Source: Dendrobates tinctorius
Lineage: Eukaryota
DNA: 64,000 bases
Direction: 5' to 3'
NCBI RefSeq assembly: GCF_039654945.1
Contig: NW_027361797.1
Location: 34,534,001-34,598,000 of the forward strand
The notes under the pieces were generated by a model, which was given only the letters and a program-made list of their open reading frames with translations, searched no databases and was not told the DNA's origin. Position numbers and translations under genes: made by a program. How positions within the stretch are numbered: position 1 is the stretch's first letter; each line of letters starts with the position of its first letter. Positions 36,309-50,480 of the stretch are shown piece after piece.

Positions 36309-36835
36309 CAGGGGTGGGCAATTAATTTTCCTGAGGGGCCACATGAGAGACCATGACTGTCGTGGAGGGCTGAACCAATAGGCCAAAATTAATTATTCTC
36401 AATATTAATATTGATATTTTATAATTATATTATTGATAATTTTATTAATATTAATTGTATCAGAATTGTATATTGAGCAGAATTATGAATGTCGACATCC
36501 CCCTATATATCGTTTGAACCCGAGCACAGCCCCTTCAGTATATTGTATGAGGCCCCCTAACAGCCCCTTATATGCGGCATGAGACCCACACAGCCTCCCT
36601 ATATATACAGCATGAGCCCCACACAGCCTCCCTATATACAGCATGAGCCCCACACAGCCTCCCTATGTACTGCATGAGACCCACAGCGCCTCCATATATA
36701 CAGCATGAGCCCCACACAGCCTCCCTATATACATTGCATGAGCCCCACACAGCCTCCCCATATACTGCATGAGCCCCACACAGCCACCCCATATACTGCA
36801 TGAGCCCCACACAGCCTCACTATATATACGGCATG
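36309..36835. mobile_element. hAT-like non-autonomous fragment containing a ~32-bp minisatellite (36560-36830)
   Basis: CAGGGGTGGGCAA terminus; tandem ATACAGCATGAGCCCCACACAGCCTCCCT units. Confidence 0.6.
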
Positions 36836-36839
36836 GGGG

Positions 36840-37838
36840 GCTGGCTGACCGGGGCTGGCTGACCACACAAAACTGAATAGACAAAACCAAATCAAATGTG
36901 AACAATAGGAAAGAACACATAGCTTGAGAATGCAGGGACTTAACTGGAAGCTAAGACCTCAGGAGGCAGGAAAAATCACCAGCAGGGGTAGAGGGAGTCA
37001 GCTGTCTTAAATCCAGTCAGAGACTCCAGATGTCCAATCGTCGTCCTCATTATCAGGTGGCCGGTCTCTGTTAATTAGATCAGTTTCATTACCTCCTGCA
37101 ACCACCAGAGGGAGCCCGGAAAGAGAACTCACGACTCCTCTGTCAATACAACCAGCTCCACCACCCTCACCAGCAACCAGAGGCAGACCAGAAAGTAAAT
37201 TCACAACAGAATGGACTGTTTTCTCTGGGTGCTTATTTTCTGTTATCCTTGCTGCAGTCTTTTTAGGGTAACAGGTGTTTTCATTGACTCATTTGTCTGC
37301 ACTACCACTTTTTGGGTGCGGCTTTATACACATTCCTCATGCTAGTATTTCCTGCTGGTGATAGTCTCTTTTTGATGTCCAGCCATACTGCTGTAGTTTG
37401 AGTCAATCAGTGATATACCAGCAAGGGTTTATCTCTTTGCTGTTTATTTTCTTTACCCTGTACCTATTTTCGGTCTCTTTGGGAAGTAGGTGGCATATTT
37501 TCTAACAGTACGTATTTAATCCCTTGGTATTTTTTGGTTCGTTTTACTCACTCTGTGATCTTTCCTTTTTTCAGCACACTTTTCATTTTGCAGGTAATTC
37601 ACAGTCTGCTCTGCCCTCCGGTTCTTTAGGAAGTAAGTGAAGTGCTTGATGGCCTTTCCTGCAGAATAGGTCCGAGTTGTCATAGTTTAGTCTGGGGTTT
37701 GGGCCATCTCAGGTCACGCAGGGACCACTAGGGACTGCGGGGTCAGGATCTCTAGCCTGGACAGGAATCCGCAGGGTCAGTGACAGATTTTTTGTGTGTT
37801 ACCTATTTTCCTGATTGAGTTGCTACACTATCATAACA
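36840..37838. mobile_element. Degraded LTR-like remnants (two pieces ending TCACAACA at 37208 and TCATAACA at 37838)
   Basis: LTR-type ACA termini and strand-skewed composition resembling 18557-19090. Confidence 0.35.
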
Positions 37839-38529
37839 CTACGCTAACATAAAAAAAATGCTTTATGAAATATGCCCTCTGTTGGATGGTTCAAAAAACA
37901 AATCATGAGGATGGTGGACAGAAATTGTGCACCAGCTCTCGCACAGCATAAGAATTTAGCGTATATCCGACATGACATCTAAATTTGTAGAGTGGCAATG
38001 ATCTAATATCAAGAAAAAAAGTGAAATTTCAGGATTTTTATGGATTCGGAGAATCCCCTTTTGGTTTCTGTGACACAATGCATTCGCAGTGGGCAAGAAT
38101 ACAATTGAAAGGTTTGTTACAATTTTGCACACAGCAAGCTGATGTTTCTTTAGCTTGTGAAAATAAGTATACAACATCCTCACCACGAACCCTCCTGTAT
38201 ACCATCGCGTATGCGGGAGTAGAATTCCAGGTCTGTGACAGATCCCATAAAATGCTATTCAGATACCATCATGTAAAGAACCAGATGGGAACACAAATAG
38301 TCTGCATTAAGCCACTGGTGATAACATAAAGTGGAATGGGACTGATTATAGGGCTATGCAGCAGTGGAGTGAAGTGGGTGCTGTAGATGGCTGTGGAATG
38401 AAGTACAAAAAGTAACACAAAGTAACCCTAGACCTAGTCAGATAAGATATGACACAGCACATGGGCTGCTCTCAACGCTCCCCCATCATTGGCAAAAGGG
38501 ATTTCTGATTCAATGGGAAATAATAGTGA

Positions 38530-39203
<674 letters not shown>

Positions 39204-40083
39204 AACCAGAGAGTGTTAAGAAACGAGGTATTAGCCGGATATATGTTATTGATAGTCAAGCCTGGCATTAATATTTAATATACGGAACACTACCTCTGAC
39301 AGCAGCGTTCCGTTTTAGTCAATATCACAGCTTTATTCTCTGGTAATATGATGAATAAGTCAAGTATTAGTATTATGGCTAGAAGTGCATCGTCTTATAC
39401 CATGCACAACGTAACTCTCTCAAGAATTGACTGTATCACCTGCAGAAAAATGTGTCTGTGAAGTCAGTATATATTATATATACACGACTGACCCCCGGCC
39501 CAGCAGGTCTCATGATAACTGAACATATCCTCCTCTTCTCCTCCTCAAGGATGGTGTGTTAGCTAGCTCCCTGTGTAATACGGTCTATACTTCCGAGCCG
39601 GTAATGGACGTAGATGGGAAAACGTTGACTTCACAGTTGTCTAGAGTCGAATGTAAATACGAAGGCGACTGATGATCACCAATAAATGATACAAGGAGCA
39701 TGTGTTTGTAGAAACGCAATTACTGAAAAGTGTTCTCCAGATGATAATAAATCCACAAGCAATGCTGGAAGCTTTTCCCTGCACGCGTTTTAGGATCGCT
39801 TAACTACTTGTGTTCTGGAAACTCATTTACATCAGTCATTGAAAATAGTCAATTGCATCAGTATTTTTGACTTTCATGAACTTATATTAAAATACTTGTT
39901 ATTTAATATCATAAATCTACTGTCATCTTGTGGACCAGTCCCCACTGCACCACTGGTATTATTGAGTGGGTTTCTTCATGGACTGTACCCAGGAACTCCA
40001 TGACGGTTTCTGCCTGTATCGTTGTCTCATCTGACGATTGATGATGACTACTTCATCCATGGAGATGTTTCTGTTGTGCTTGA

Positions 40084-40514
40084 AGGGAGTCTCTCATCAG
40101 GTTTTTGCTATTTTTGTCACCCCAGTATCATGTAGGAGCAGGAGATCTGATTCCAGTGATGTCACCTACTTTACTGGAAGCTGCAGGTTTGATTAAAAAC
40201 TGTTTTCTCTGCTGTAGATTTACCAGTTCTCTGAATTCTGAGTTCTGTATAACCCCGTCCACACCACTGATTGGAGGTTTTCTGTGTACACTGTATATAG
40301 GCAGAAAGCTGCCAATCAGTGGTGGGGGGCGTGGCTGGACTACCTGGCAGCAGGGTATGTAGTTTTCTAGTGATAATCTCCTGCTGATAAAAGTGATATT
40401 GTAAAAAACTACAACAAGCAGCCTAGAAAATGACACTTTGCTGGAATCAGGTTCTATGTCTCTACAGCGTGCTGCCCTGAAATTAGGTAGAAAATATTTG
40501 GTGACAGTTTCCCT
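40084..40514. mobile_element. T2/Kolobok-type MITE
   Basis: AGGGA.TCT.TCA...TGACAGTTTCCCT-TTAA ends; internal similarity to 52434-52871. Confidence 0.7.
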
Positions 40515-40959
40515 TTAATGTTCTTCTCTGCTTCTTTTAAGAACCCAGAAAAAGCTGTTTGGCTTTTGTTTGACTAATATTCTTGGTGACAATTAGAAAC
40601 TCTTTCGTGGGTTGGACATTCACAGAGTAGCTCCCTATGGGTGGTGATAGACAATTTTCTTCCTCCTTCTTCTTTTAATTTGCATCTATATATATCTATC
40701 ATCAGAAGGCTCCCCAAGGGACTATAGAGTGTTGTACAAAATTTGACGGTGATTCTCAGCACCTTCCCATCTTCCAGTAGTCAGGGTAATGACATTACCA
40801 ACTTTCTTGGGGAGCGAAATCAGAGGTTCGATTTTAGGATTTTTGGGCCAGAACTGAGGTGGCTCCTACCTCCCCACTGGTGTAGATCATGAAAACTACT
40901 TTAAGTTAGTAAGGATTAAACTTAAAGAGGTTCTCCGGTCATATGATATTGATGACCTA

Positions 40960-42589
40960 CAGTACAGACCAAAAGTTTGGACACACCTTCTCATTCAAAG
41001 AGTTTTCTTTATTTTCATGACTATGAAAATTGTAGATTCATTCTGAAGGCATCAAAACTATGAATTAACACATGTGGAATTATATAATTAACAATAAAGT
41101 GTGACACATCTGAAAATATGTCTTATATTCTAGGTTCTTCAAAGTAGCCACCTTTTGCTTTGATTACTGCTTTGCACACTCTTGGCATTCTGTTGATGAG
41201 CTTCAAGAGGTAGTCACCGGAAATGGTTTTCACTTTACAGGTATGCCCTGTCAGGTTTAATAAGTAGGATCTCTTGCCTTATAAATGGGGTTGGGACCAT
41301 CAGTTGTGTTGTGCGGAAGTCTGGTGGATACACAGCTGATAGTTCTACTGAATAGACTGTTAGAATTTATATTATGGCAAGAAAAAAGCAGCTGAGTAAA
41401 GAAAAACGAGTGGCCATCATTACTTTAAGAAATGAAGGTAAGTCAGTCCAAAAAATTGGGAAAACTTTGAAAGTGTCCCCAAGTGCAGTGGCAAAAACTA
41501 TCAAGCGCTACAAAGAAACTGGCTCACATGAGGACCGCCCCAGGAAAGGAAGCCCAAGAGTCACCTCTGCTGCAGAGGATAAGTTCATCCGATTCACAAG
41601 CCTCAGAAATTGCAGGTTAACAGCAGCTCAGATTAGAGACCAGGTCAATGCCACACAACAGAGTTCTAGCAGCAGACACATCTCTACAACAACTGTTAAG
41701 AGGAGACTTTGTGCAGCAGGCCTTCATGGTAAAACAGCTGCTAGGAAACCACTGCTAAGGACAGGCAACAAGCAGAAGAGACTCGTTTGGGCTAAAGAAG
41801 ACAAGGAATGGACATTAGACCAGTGGAAATCTGTGCTTTGGTCTGATGAGTCCAAATTTGAGATCTTTGGTTCCAACCACCGTGTCTTTTTGCGACGCAG
41901 AAAAGGTGAACGGATGGACTCTACATGCCTGGTTCCCACCGTGAAGCATGGAGGAGGAGGTGTGATGGTGTGGGGGGTGCTTTGCTGGTGACACTGTTGG
42001 GGATTTATTCAAAATTGCAGGCATACTGAACCAGCATGGCTACCACAGCATCTTGCAGCGGCATACTATTCCATCCGGTTTGCGTTTAGTTGGACCATCA
42101 TTTATTTTTCAACAGGACAATGACCCCAAACACACCTCCAGGCTGTGTAAGGGCTATTTGACCAAGAAGGAGAGTGATGGGGTGCTACGCCAGACGACCT
42201 TGCCTCCACAGTCACCAGACCTGAACCCAATCAAGATGGTTTGGGGTGAGCTGGACCGCAGAGTGAAGGCAAAGGGGCCAACAAGTGCTAAGCATCTCTG
42301 GGAACGCCTTCAAGACTGTTGGAAGACCATTTCCCGGTGACTACCTCTTGAAGCTCATCAAGAGAATGCCAAGAGTGTGCAAAGCAGTAATCAAAGCAAA
42401 AGGTGGCTACTTTGAAGAACCTAGAATATAAGACATATTTTCAGTTGTTTCTTCTTTTTTGCTAATTATATAATTCCACATGTGTTAATTCATAGTTTTG
42501 ATGCCTTCAGAGTGAATCTACAATTTTCATAGCCATGAAAATAAAGAAACTCTTTGAATGAGGTGTGTCCAAACTTTTGGTCTGTACTG
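40960..42589 (+). mobile_element. Full-length Tc1 transposon (Passport/PPTN-like) with ~200-bp TIRs and TA TSD
   Basis: CAGTACAGACCAAAAGTTTGGACACACC...GGTGTGTCCAAACTTTTGGTCTGTACTG flanked by TA; 1630 bp. Confidence 0.95.
41374..42432 (+). pseudogene. Tc1 DD34E transposase, inactivated
   Basis: Paired-like HTH, WSDESKF, KHGGG.VMVWG, FQQDNDPKH, SPDLNPI. +1 frameshifts in the G-run (about 41975) and near 42335; catalytic E changed to K (NPIK). Confidence 0.93.
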
Positions 42590-43970
42590 TAGTTGGTCGC
42601 CTCTGGAGCTAATGACAGTCGATAGGTGAGGGTGCTGGGTGTCGGACTCCCACCAATCTGATATTGATGCTAAGGATAGGCCATCAATATCATAAGACTA
42701 GTGAACCCCATTTAGCAACATGTCTGTACCAGAATATGGGGTTCAGCTTTACTCTTGCTGATTTCTGCATCAGATGTATCCAGAATTGCGACCGAAGACT
42801 CTTGCACCCCCATCAGCTGGGAAGCAAAAAAAAATTGTCACCTTCACATATTTATATACATAATATGGAAATATGGTGCTGGCAGTGACTGGTACCCATA
42901 GAACAGTTGTAGGGCTTAACTCTGTTAGGGCACATTCACATGAAAAGTTAGTGGTCATCTACTCTGAATAGTGGTATGTTTAGCGCATAAACCAAAATAT
43001 TAAATTCATGTTCATCTGTATAAAATCAAAACTGATGAACGTAAAGTGTGTGCCAATATATAGCATATATCAGTAGCTATCGTTTGAAGGAGCCTGAAGA
43101 CACAAAAATGTGACAATGTAGGCTACACTTGTTAATATGCTCACACCCACAACACTAAAGGAAGAAAAATGATCATGGAGGTCAAAACTGCAATGAAAAA
43201 TGTAGTAGATCCGAGTCTTATAGGCAGTTTCGGACTGGGATGCCTAGGGCCCACCAGTAACCTCAACTCCAGGGCCCCGCTTTTCAGCTACATGCAAAAA
43301 TGACTTTATTGTCATTCACAAATTTCTATATTAATAAACTGGGTAGATTATTAAAGAATAAGATTCTGCCGTTGTCTGTACATAGTGTATCAAGGGTATT
43401 GTGCCGAGTACTGCTCAGATAAAAAGCTGGTGGCCCACTCCTGCACAGGAGCTCACAGGAGGAATCTCTGCCTCCAGTGATGTGCTGCATAAGTATGTCA
43501 GAAATTGGTGAGATGCACATAAATACATTGTATGGGGGAAATGCCACAGCTATAACATGCGGAGAAAGGATGCCACTAAGTAGCAGAAGTGATGCCTCAG
43601 TGGGACGAAGGCAGATCATAAAGAGATAACACACTGAGCTGCTGTGCGAAATGCTAAGGACATAGGAAGTGTGAATTTAGAATTAGTATGTCTGCCACGC
43701 TACCTGGGTGTGTGAGAGAGCTAGATTGTCCAGTGTAACGTTGCTGAGGCTGTGAAAGTTTGTCAGAGAACCTGGAAGCTGAAGCATGAAAGACTTCTGC
43801 AAGATGCGTAGCTACCAAGTGTCGGCGCGTAATGTATGCCAATTGCTGTGCTACCTCAATGACTGAGGAGGTTTAAGCTTCACTGTAGATGATGTAGACT
43901 TTCCCAGGAAGAAGAAATTGGACCTCATGGATAAAGCCAAGGATATTGCAGAGAGGTATAGGTAACCAAT

Positions 43971-44010
43971 GCCCTTGATGAAGCATTTCAATGCGAAACG
44001 CGCGTCGGGT
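43971..44010 (+). ncRNA. Minimal hammerhead-like motif (C3U core variant), probably an orphan Penelope terminal repeat
   Basis: GCCC-TTGATGA-A-GCATT(tc)AATGC-GAAA-CGCGCG-TC-GGGT; palindromic stem III, GUC triplet, 4-bp stem I. Confidence 0.6.
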
Positions 44011-44370
44011 GTGATGGGTACTTGGATAACCTGGCTCTTTAAGGTATTATGAGTTGTACTGTGCATTAGACTATGTGTATAATATGTGTTCAATAGGCAA
44101 TACTGACACCTTATTGGTCATGATACATATTGGCAGTGCAATGTTATGCTCTTTACCTTTATCTGATGTTCTGTATATTTATTGTATTCATATATGTCTA
44201 TTGGTGGCCACATGTATTACACAAATACCATATGATATGAACCAAGACTATCTTCCTATCAAAGTTTTTTGAACTAATTTTGTTTGATGACTTGTGTTGC
44301 CGTTTTTATTTTATATCTCACCTATTTGTCATTATAGATACACATAGCATATAATATCTATAACAGCTAT

Positions 44371-47300
44371 AATAATAATAATAATCTTTATTTATATAGC
44401 GCCAACATATTCCGCAGCGCTTTACAGTTGAACAGTTTCAAACACAACAGTCATAAGTAACAACGTTAACAATACAATAATTAAAGCGAAATAAGACGAC
44501 CCTGCTCGTGGAGCTTACAATCTACAATGAGGTGGGGGGGATACAAAGCACAGGTTTGTATTTACAATGATGTATTTACAATGACGGTCCAGCCATCTTC
44601 AGGGGGTGGGGGTTAGATGGAGATAGTGAATGGGCTACACACACACAAACATGACTTTGATTACTGAATGTGATAGGCCGCTCTGAACAAATGTGTTTTG
44701 AGCGAGCGCCTAAAACTATGCAAATTGTGGATGGTCCTAATATTTTGGGGTAGAGCATTCCAGAGGATTGGCGCAGCACGGGAGAAGTCTTGGAGTCGGG
44801 AGTGGGAGGTATGGATTAGGGCAGAGGTTAGTCGAAAGTCATTTGCAGAGCGCAGCGGTCGGTTAGGCCGATAGACAGAAATGAGGGAGGAGATGTAAGG
44901 GGGTGCCGCACTGTGGAGAGCTTTGTGGGTGAGAACAAGTACTTTGAATTGTACCCTGTAATGAATTGGCAGCCAGTGTAACGACTGGCGAAGAGCGGAC
45001 GCGTCTGAGAAACGATTAGCCAGATGGACAACCCTGGCTGCTGCATTAAGGATAGACTGGAGAGGGGAGAGTCGAGTGAGAGGGAGGCCAATTAATAGAG
45101 CATTACAGTAGTCTAGGCGGGAGTGGATCAGGGCGACAGTGAGAGTTTTTGTTGTTTCCATGGTGAGAAAAGGGCGGATTCTAGAGATGTTCTTTAGGTG
45201 TAAGCGGCATGAGCGGGCAAGAGATTGTATATGGGAGGTGAAGGAGAGATCGGAGTCGAACATAACACCCAGACAGCGCACCTGCTGTCGGGGTGTTATT
45301 ATGGTGCCACCCACAGAGAGGGAAATGTCAGATTTAGGGAGGTTAGTAGATGGTGGGAGCAGAAGAAGTTCAGTTTTGGAGAGGTTGAGTTTCAGATAGA
45401 GAGCAGACATGATGTTGGAGACTGCAGACAGACAGTCAGTGGCGTTCTGTAGTACAGCGGAGGTAAGGTCAGGGGATGATGTGTACAGTTGTGTGTCATC
45501 AGCATAAAGATGGTACTGAAAGCCAAATCTGCTGATGGTCTGTCCAATTGGGGCTGTATAGAGAGAGAAGAGAAGGGGGCCAAGGACTGAGCCCTGAGGT
45601 ACCCCAACAGTGAGAGGAAGAGGAGATGAAGTGGAGCCAGAAAACAGAACACTGAAGGAGCGGTCGGAAAGATAGGAGGAGAACCAGGAAAGAGCAGTGT
45701 CCTTAATGCCTAGTGACTGGAGCCTAGAGAGTAGGAGAGGATGGCCAACAGTGTCGAAAGCTGCAGAAAGGTCGAGAAGAATGAGCAGAGAATGGTCACC
45801 ATTACGTTTTGCTGTCAGAAGGTCATTGGTCACTTTGATGAGTGCAGTTTCTGTCGACTGTAGGGGGCGGAAACCGGACTGTGAAGGGTCTAGGAGGGAG
45901 TGAGTGGAGAGGTAACGGGTAAGGCGTGAGTATATCAGGTGCTCCAAGAGTTTAGAGATGAAGGGGAGATTGGAGACTGGTCTGTAGTTGTTTGTGCAGG
46001 ATGGGTCAAGGGTGGGTTTCTTTAGTAATGGAGTAATGATAGAGTGTTTGAAGGAGGAGGGGAAAATGCCAGAGGAGAGGGAGAGATTAAAGATTGTAGT
46101 TAGGTGAGTTGTGACGACTGGGGAGAGAGACTGGAGGAGATGTGAGGGAATGGGGTCGGTTGTGCATGTAGTTAGAAGAGGAGAGGAGCCTGGAGACTTC
46201 TTCTTCTGTGATGGGAGCAAATGTGGAGAGTGAGCCAGGGGAAATGCAGGGAGGGATGGGAGTCACTGAACTTGGTGATTGGGAGCGGATTTCCTGACGG
46301 ATATTGTCTATTTTCTCTATAAAGTGGGAGGCCAGGTCATCAGCGCAAATGTCTGTGATAGGGGCTTGTGCTTTTGGCCTGAGGAGGGAGTGAAAGGTGT
46401 CAAAAAGTTTCTTGGGGTTGTTGGATAGTGAGGAGATCAGGGTGGTGAAGTAGGTCTTTGGCGAGGTGAAGGGCAGAGTTATATGTCCTTAACATAAATT
46501 TGAAGTGTATGAAGTCTTCTGGTGTGTGTGTTTTCCTCCATAAGCGTTCAGCACACCTAGAGCATCGCTGGAGAAATCGGGTTTGCGATGTGAGCCAGGG
46601 CTGTTTCACTCTGTGTTTGGAGGTTCTGAGGGTGAGGGGAGCTACTTGGTCAAGGGTGCTTCTAAGAGTGTCATTGAAGTGATGTACAGCCAGATCAGGA
46701 CAGGACAAAGAAGAGATTGGGGACAATGATGAGTGTAGGGAGTCTGAAAGTGTATGAGGGTTAATGGCTTGTAGATTTCTGACTGAATGGTAGGTAGGAG
46801 GGTGCTGGGGTGAGCGAGGATTTGTGAGTGTAAAGGAGAGAATGTTGTGGTCAGAGAGGGGAAGCGGTGAGTTATCTAGGTAGGAGATTGAGCAGAGCCG
46901 GGCGAAAACCAGGTCCAGGGTGTTACCGTCTTTGTGTGTTTCAGAGGTTGAGAGCTGAGAGAAGCCTAGAGAAGTGGTTAGTGATAGAAGCTGGGATGCA
47001 GATGTGGAAGTGGGGCTGTTAATGGGGATGTTGAAGTCTCCCAGGATAAGGGTTGGTAGTTCTGAGGACATGAAGTGCGGCAGCCAGGCAGAGAAATGGT
47101 CCAGGAAGTGGGTGGGTGAGCCTGGGGGCCGGTATATGACCGCTACTCTGAGGGAGAGGGGACGAAAGAGCCTGATGGTGTGGACTTCAAAAGAAGGGAA
47201 TGAGAGTGATGGAACTGAGGGGATGACCTGGAAAGTGCATTGTGGGGACAGGAGTATGCCGACTCCACCACCAGGTCTATTTGTCGGTCTCGGGGAATGG

Positions 47301-47880
47301 GAGAATTGTAAGCCAACATGGGAAATGGCAGCAGGAGAGACAGTGTCAGAATCCTGAATCCAGGTTTCCGTGAGGGCCAACAAATTCAGAGAGTTTTTCA
47401 GAAAGTAATTGTGTAGGAAAGGAAGCTTGTTGCATACAGACCGTGGATTCCAAAGGGCACAATTGAAAGAAGGAGATGAAGGAGTGCAAGTGATATTAGT
47501 AAGATTATTAAGGTTTCGATGTGAGGTAGGGTAGGGGTTGAGGTTGGGGGATGGTGGACCGGGGTTGGGGGAGATGTCCCCTGAAATCAGTAGGAGCAGG
47601 AAGATAAAGAGCAAGTAGTTTTTGGAATTGTATGAAGATTTTATGTGCAGTGTGTTTGGGCAAGATGGGCTGAGGCTTTTTAAGAAGGTGAGAAGTGCAT
47701 GGGAGCTGTACATGGGAGAAGCAAAGAGAGAGGAGCTGATGTATATGAGTCGTGATGGAGGGGGGATTGGTCGGTGAAAGTGGATCGCAAGAGAACATAG
47801 GAGGATAGGAATAAAGCACATGGTTAAAAGGGACAGCAGAGTGAGGGTTACCTGACTCCTGTCCTGACTAACTGCCATGT
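44371..47880 (-). mobile_element. L2 LINE with essentially complete APE-RT ORF (two frameshifts, near 46450 and 46190)
   Basis: APE motifs LWN.RS, LALTETW, GGGVG, IYRPP, LGDFN, TH..GNTLDL, SDH; RT motifs as in the other L2; 3' tail TGTAAAGCGCTGCGGAATATGTTGGCGCTATATAAATAAAG(ATT)n. Confidence 0.96.
47555..47599 (-). other. 2A-like (StopGo) peptide LLLLISGDISPNPGP at the N-terminus of the L2 ORF
   Basis: Hydrophobic run plus GD(V/I).xNPGP directly upstream of the APE domain. Confidence 0.75.
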
Positions 47881-48565
47881 AATAACTGCTGTATCCCGAC
47901 GCTTATCTTCGTGACGCTTTGCTTCTGTGATGCGTGCACCCCTATGGATGGTTCTAAATTTATAGTCCAGACTGCAGGGTCTGAAGAGATGGATTGTGGG
48001 AACTGGTTGAGGATAATTTGGCAGCTGGGGTCAGCACACCAGGGTTTTTTTTTTTTTTGTTTTTTTTTTGGGATGATCAAAGACATTCAGCCTGGCAACA
48101 TCTATTTTAACACCTCCACCAGATAAGATCTACACTGATCCCAGTCATGGAAATGCAACAGTGAGTTTTAAGTACAATGCACCAAATGATTTATAACAAA
48201 GAATTAGCAGACACATTAAACTATGTTTCTAGATGGTAAAGCAGCAGATGACACAGCAGACAGCAAGCAGAGGGAATTTTTACCATTAGAGTCTATTGCA
48301 GCAGATGAGACAGCAATCAGAGGTGGGAAGTTGTACCATGCTACATGACTATTATGCTTTAGTAATATCTTCACTTGGCACACATTTTCTATATATACAG
48401 TACATGCTATCCTCCAGGTTCGCCCACCCATGGTTCCATTTGTGGTGTTTTAGAAAAATATATACTGTATTTTGATAGTCTCTATTTTTATATTACCTGA
48501 ATAAAGTGTATTTGCCTTTTATTCTTGGTTTTCAAGGTTCCTTTTTTTTGGTCTATACTCTAAGT

Positions 48566-48719
48566 CAGGGTTCCCCAACTCCAGGCCCACCAACAGGTCA
48601 TTTTTCCAGGATTTCCCTTGTATTGTACAGGTGATGCAATTATCACCTGGGCAATACAAAGGAAATCCTGAAAACACGACCTGTTGGTGGGCCTTGAGGA
48701 CTGGAGTTGGGGAACCCTG
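48566..48719. mobile_element. hAT-type MITE with 8-bp TSD CTCTAAGT
   Basis: TIR CAGGGTTCCCCAACTCCAG / CTGGAGTTGGGGAACCCTG; TSD at 48558-48565 and 48720-48727. Confidence 0.92.
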
Positions 48720-49847
48720 CTCTAAGTGGTAAAAACGAGGTGATAATGGCCGTATAAGAGGTCAGCAGTGCCATAAATGGACCATAAAAGCCGAGCGCCA
48801 GTGTTACAGATTTTGCATTTGGGTCCAGGATTTTATTATACATCTGGTTGACCTTGATTTTGGATCATGGATTTTAGTATCTACCATTGCCAGGATGGAT
48901 GGCTGTGCTTGTAATCATAAAAATATCCATTTAATAATCCATTGTAAAGAGAAGCAATAAATACAGTACATGGATCCCTGTGAATAGCCGGCATCCATAG
49001 AGGCTAATGTGCCTCGTCTCTCAGCTTAAGCAACTTGTTAGTCAGTGAAGTCTACCGGTTGCAGTAACACTACCAATATCTCATAATTGGGTTCATACCC
49101 AGTGGAGCACTTAAGTTGGCCTATTTCTATGTGAAATGTCGCCCACTTTGATGAATAGGAGGTTGCATAAATCGACCGTCTCTCAGCTGGCGAGAGGTGT
49201 GAATCCTTAGAGTGTAACGTGTAATCAGAGCTCATGGGGTAGTAAAGATCTTCTTACTAATAATTTCCCTGTGGCTTTTTCTCTGTACTTTTTTTCCTTC
49301 CTTTCTCTGAGCTGAAATTCCTGTGAAATGAAACCACATAGCAAACTGCCATCAGTGAGCCACGCTAAATATGTAAAATGTGTAATTTAAAGCAAAACTT
49401 CAATTGGAACCATTCTAAATGTTTGGTTTTTTTTTGGATAAAGATAAAGAACCAATTATCAAACTCCCTATTAGATCCGGGGTATTTTTTGTCTGAAAGT
49501 TATCCGCCATTTTCTGCAGGATAGGGGATAACTTCCCGATCACTGGGAGTCCGATAGCCGATCCCGAGAGTATAACGGAGCAGAGATTGCGCATGCATAC
49601 CTCCACTCTATTATTTAATGGGACCGCCAGAGATGGTTGACTGTAAGGCTCGGCTGTCTCCGGCAATTCTAAAAGAATGAATGGAGTGGCAGCGCACATG
49701 ATTGACCACTGCTCCATTCCCATGGGGCTCTTCACAACACCCTCTGTCTGTCATCTACTTGTTACTAATAGTCTTTCTGCTGCTTAACAAGAGGTAAGAG
49801 GAAGCCGGAAGGAATTAAAATACATGGAGGCCCTAGATCTGCATAGG

Positions 49848-49930
49848 AGGCACAAAATGGTGGTACAAAACGGTTGCACAGAACGGTGGCACAAAACGGT
49901 GGCACAAAACGGTGGCACAAAACTGTTGCA
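49848..49930. repeat. 14-bp tandem repeat GGCACAAAACGGT(G), about 6 copies
   Basis: Visible tandem units. Confidence 0.8.
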
Positions 49931-50480
49931 GATTATTTTTTATGAAGACTATTCGGAAAGTTGCTTTACTTGATTTGTTATATGCATCTGTGGCTTCGAC
50001 ATTTTGAAAGGTGATTAGTTTAATGTCGGATATAACAATTAAAGCGTATTTTCATGTTGGGCCTTGGATAATCCAACCCTTTTAGACTGAAGCTTTTTTT
50101 TTTTACGATCACTTGTATTAATACGTTGGTTAAAGAACACCTTCCGAAACAATTGTTTTATACTCTCAATACTTGATAAATGAAAGCAACTTTGTGATGA
50201 ATGTTAATTAGAAATGTCGTACCGTTTAGTATATACCGCACCTATGCAGACTAAGTATTTCCATGGCAACAGACAACAAACAAGCTGTGTAGTCAGACTC
50301 TGTTGTTACATTTCGTTCTATTAGTCCTCTTTCTTCAAGCTACCCTACCAAATGTGAGAGAGCGTGTAATAGGAGACTAATGGGAAATAAAGTACGATTC
50401 TGCAGGATTACATTGTGTGCTTTCTGTTATCATGGAGAGGCATAATCTGCAGTAACCACCAAAAAATGGAAAATATTTAA

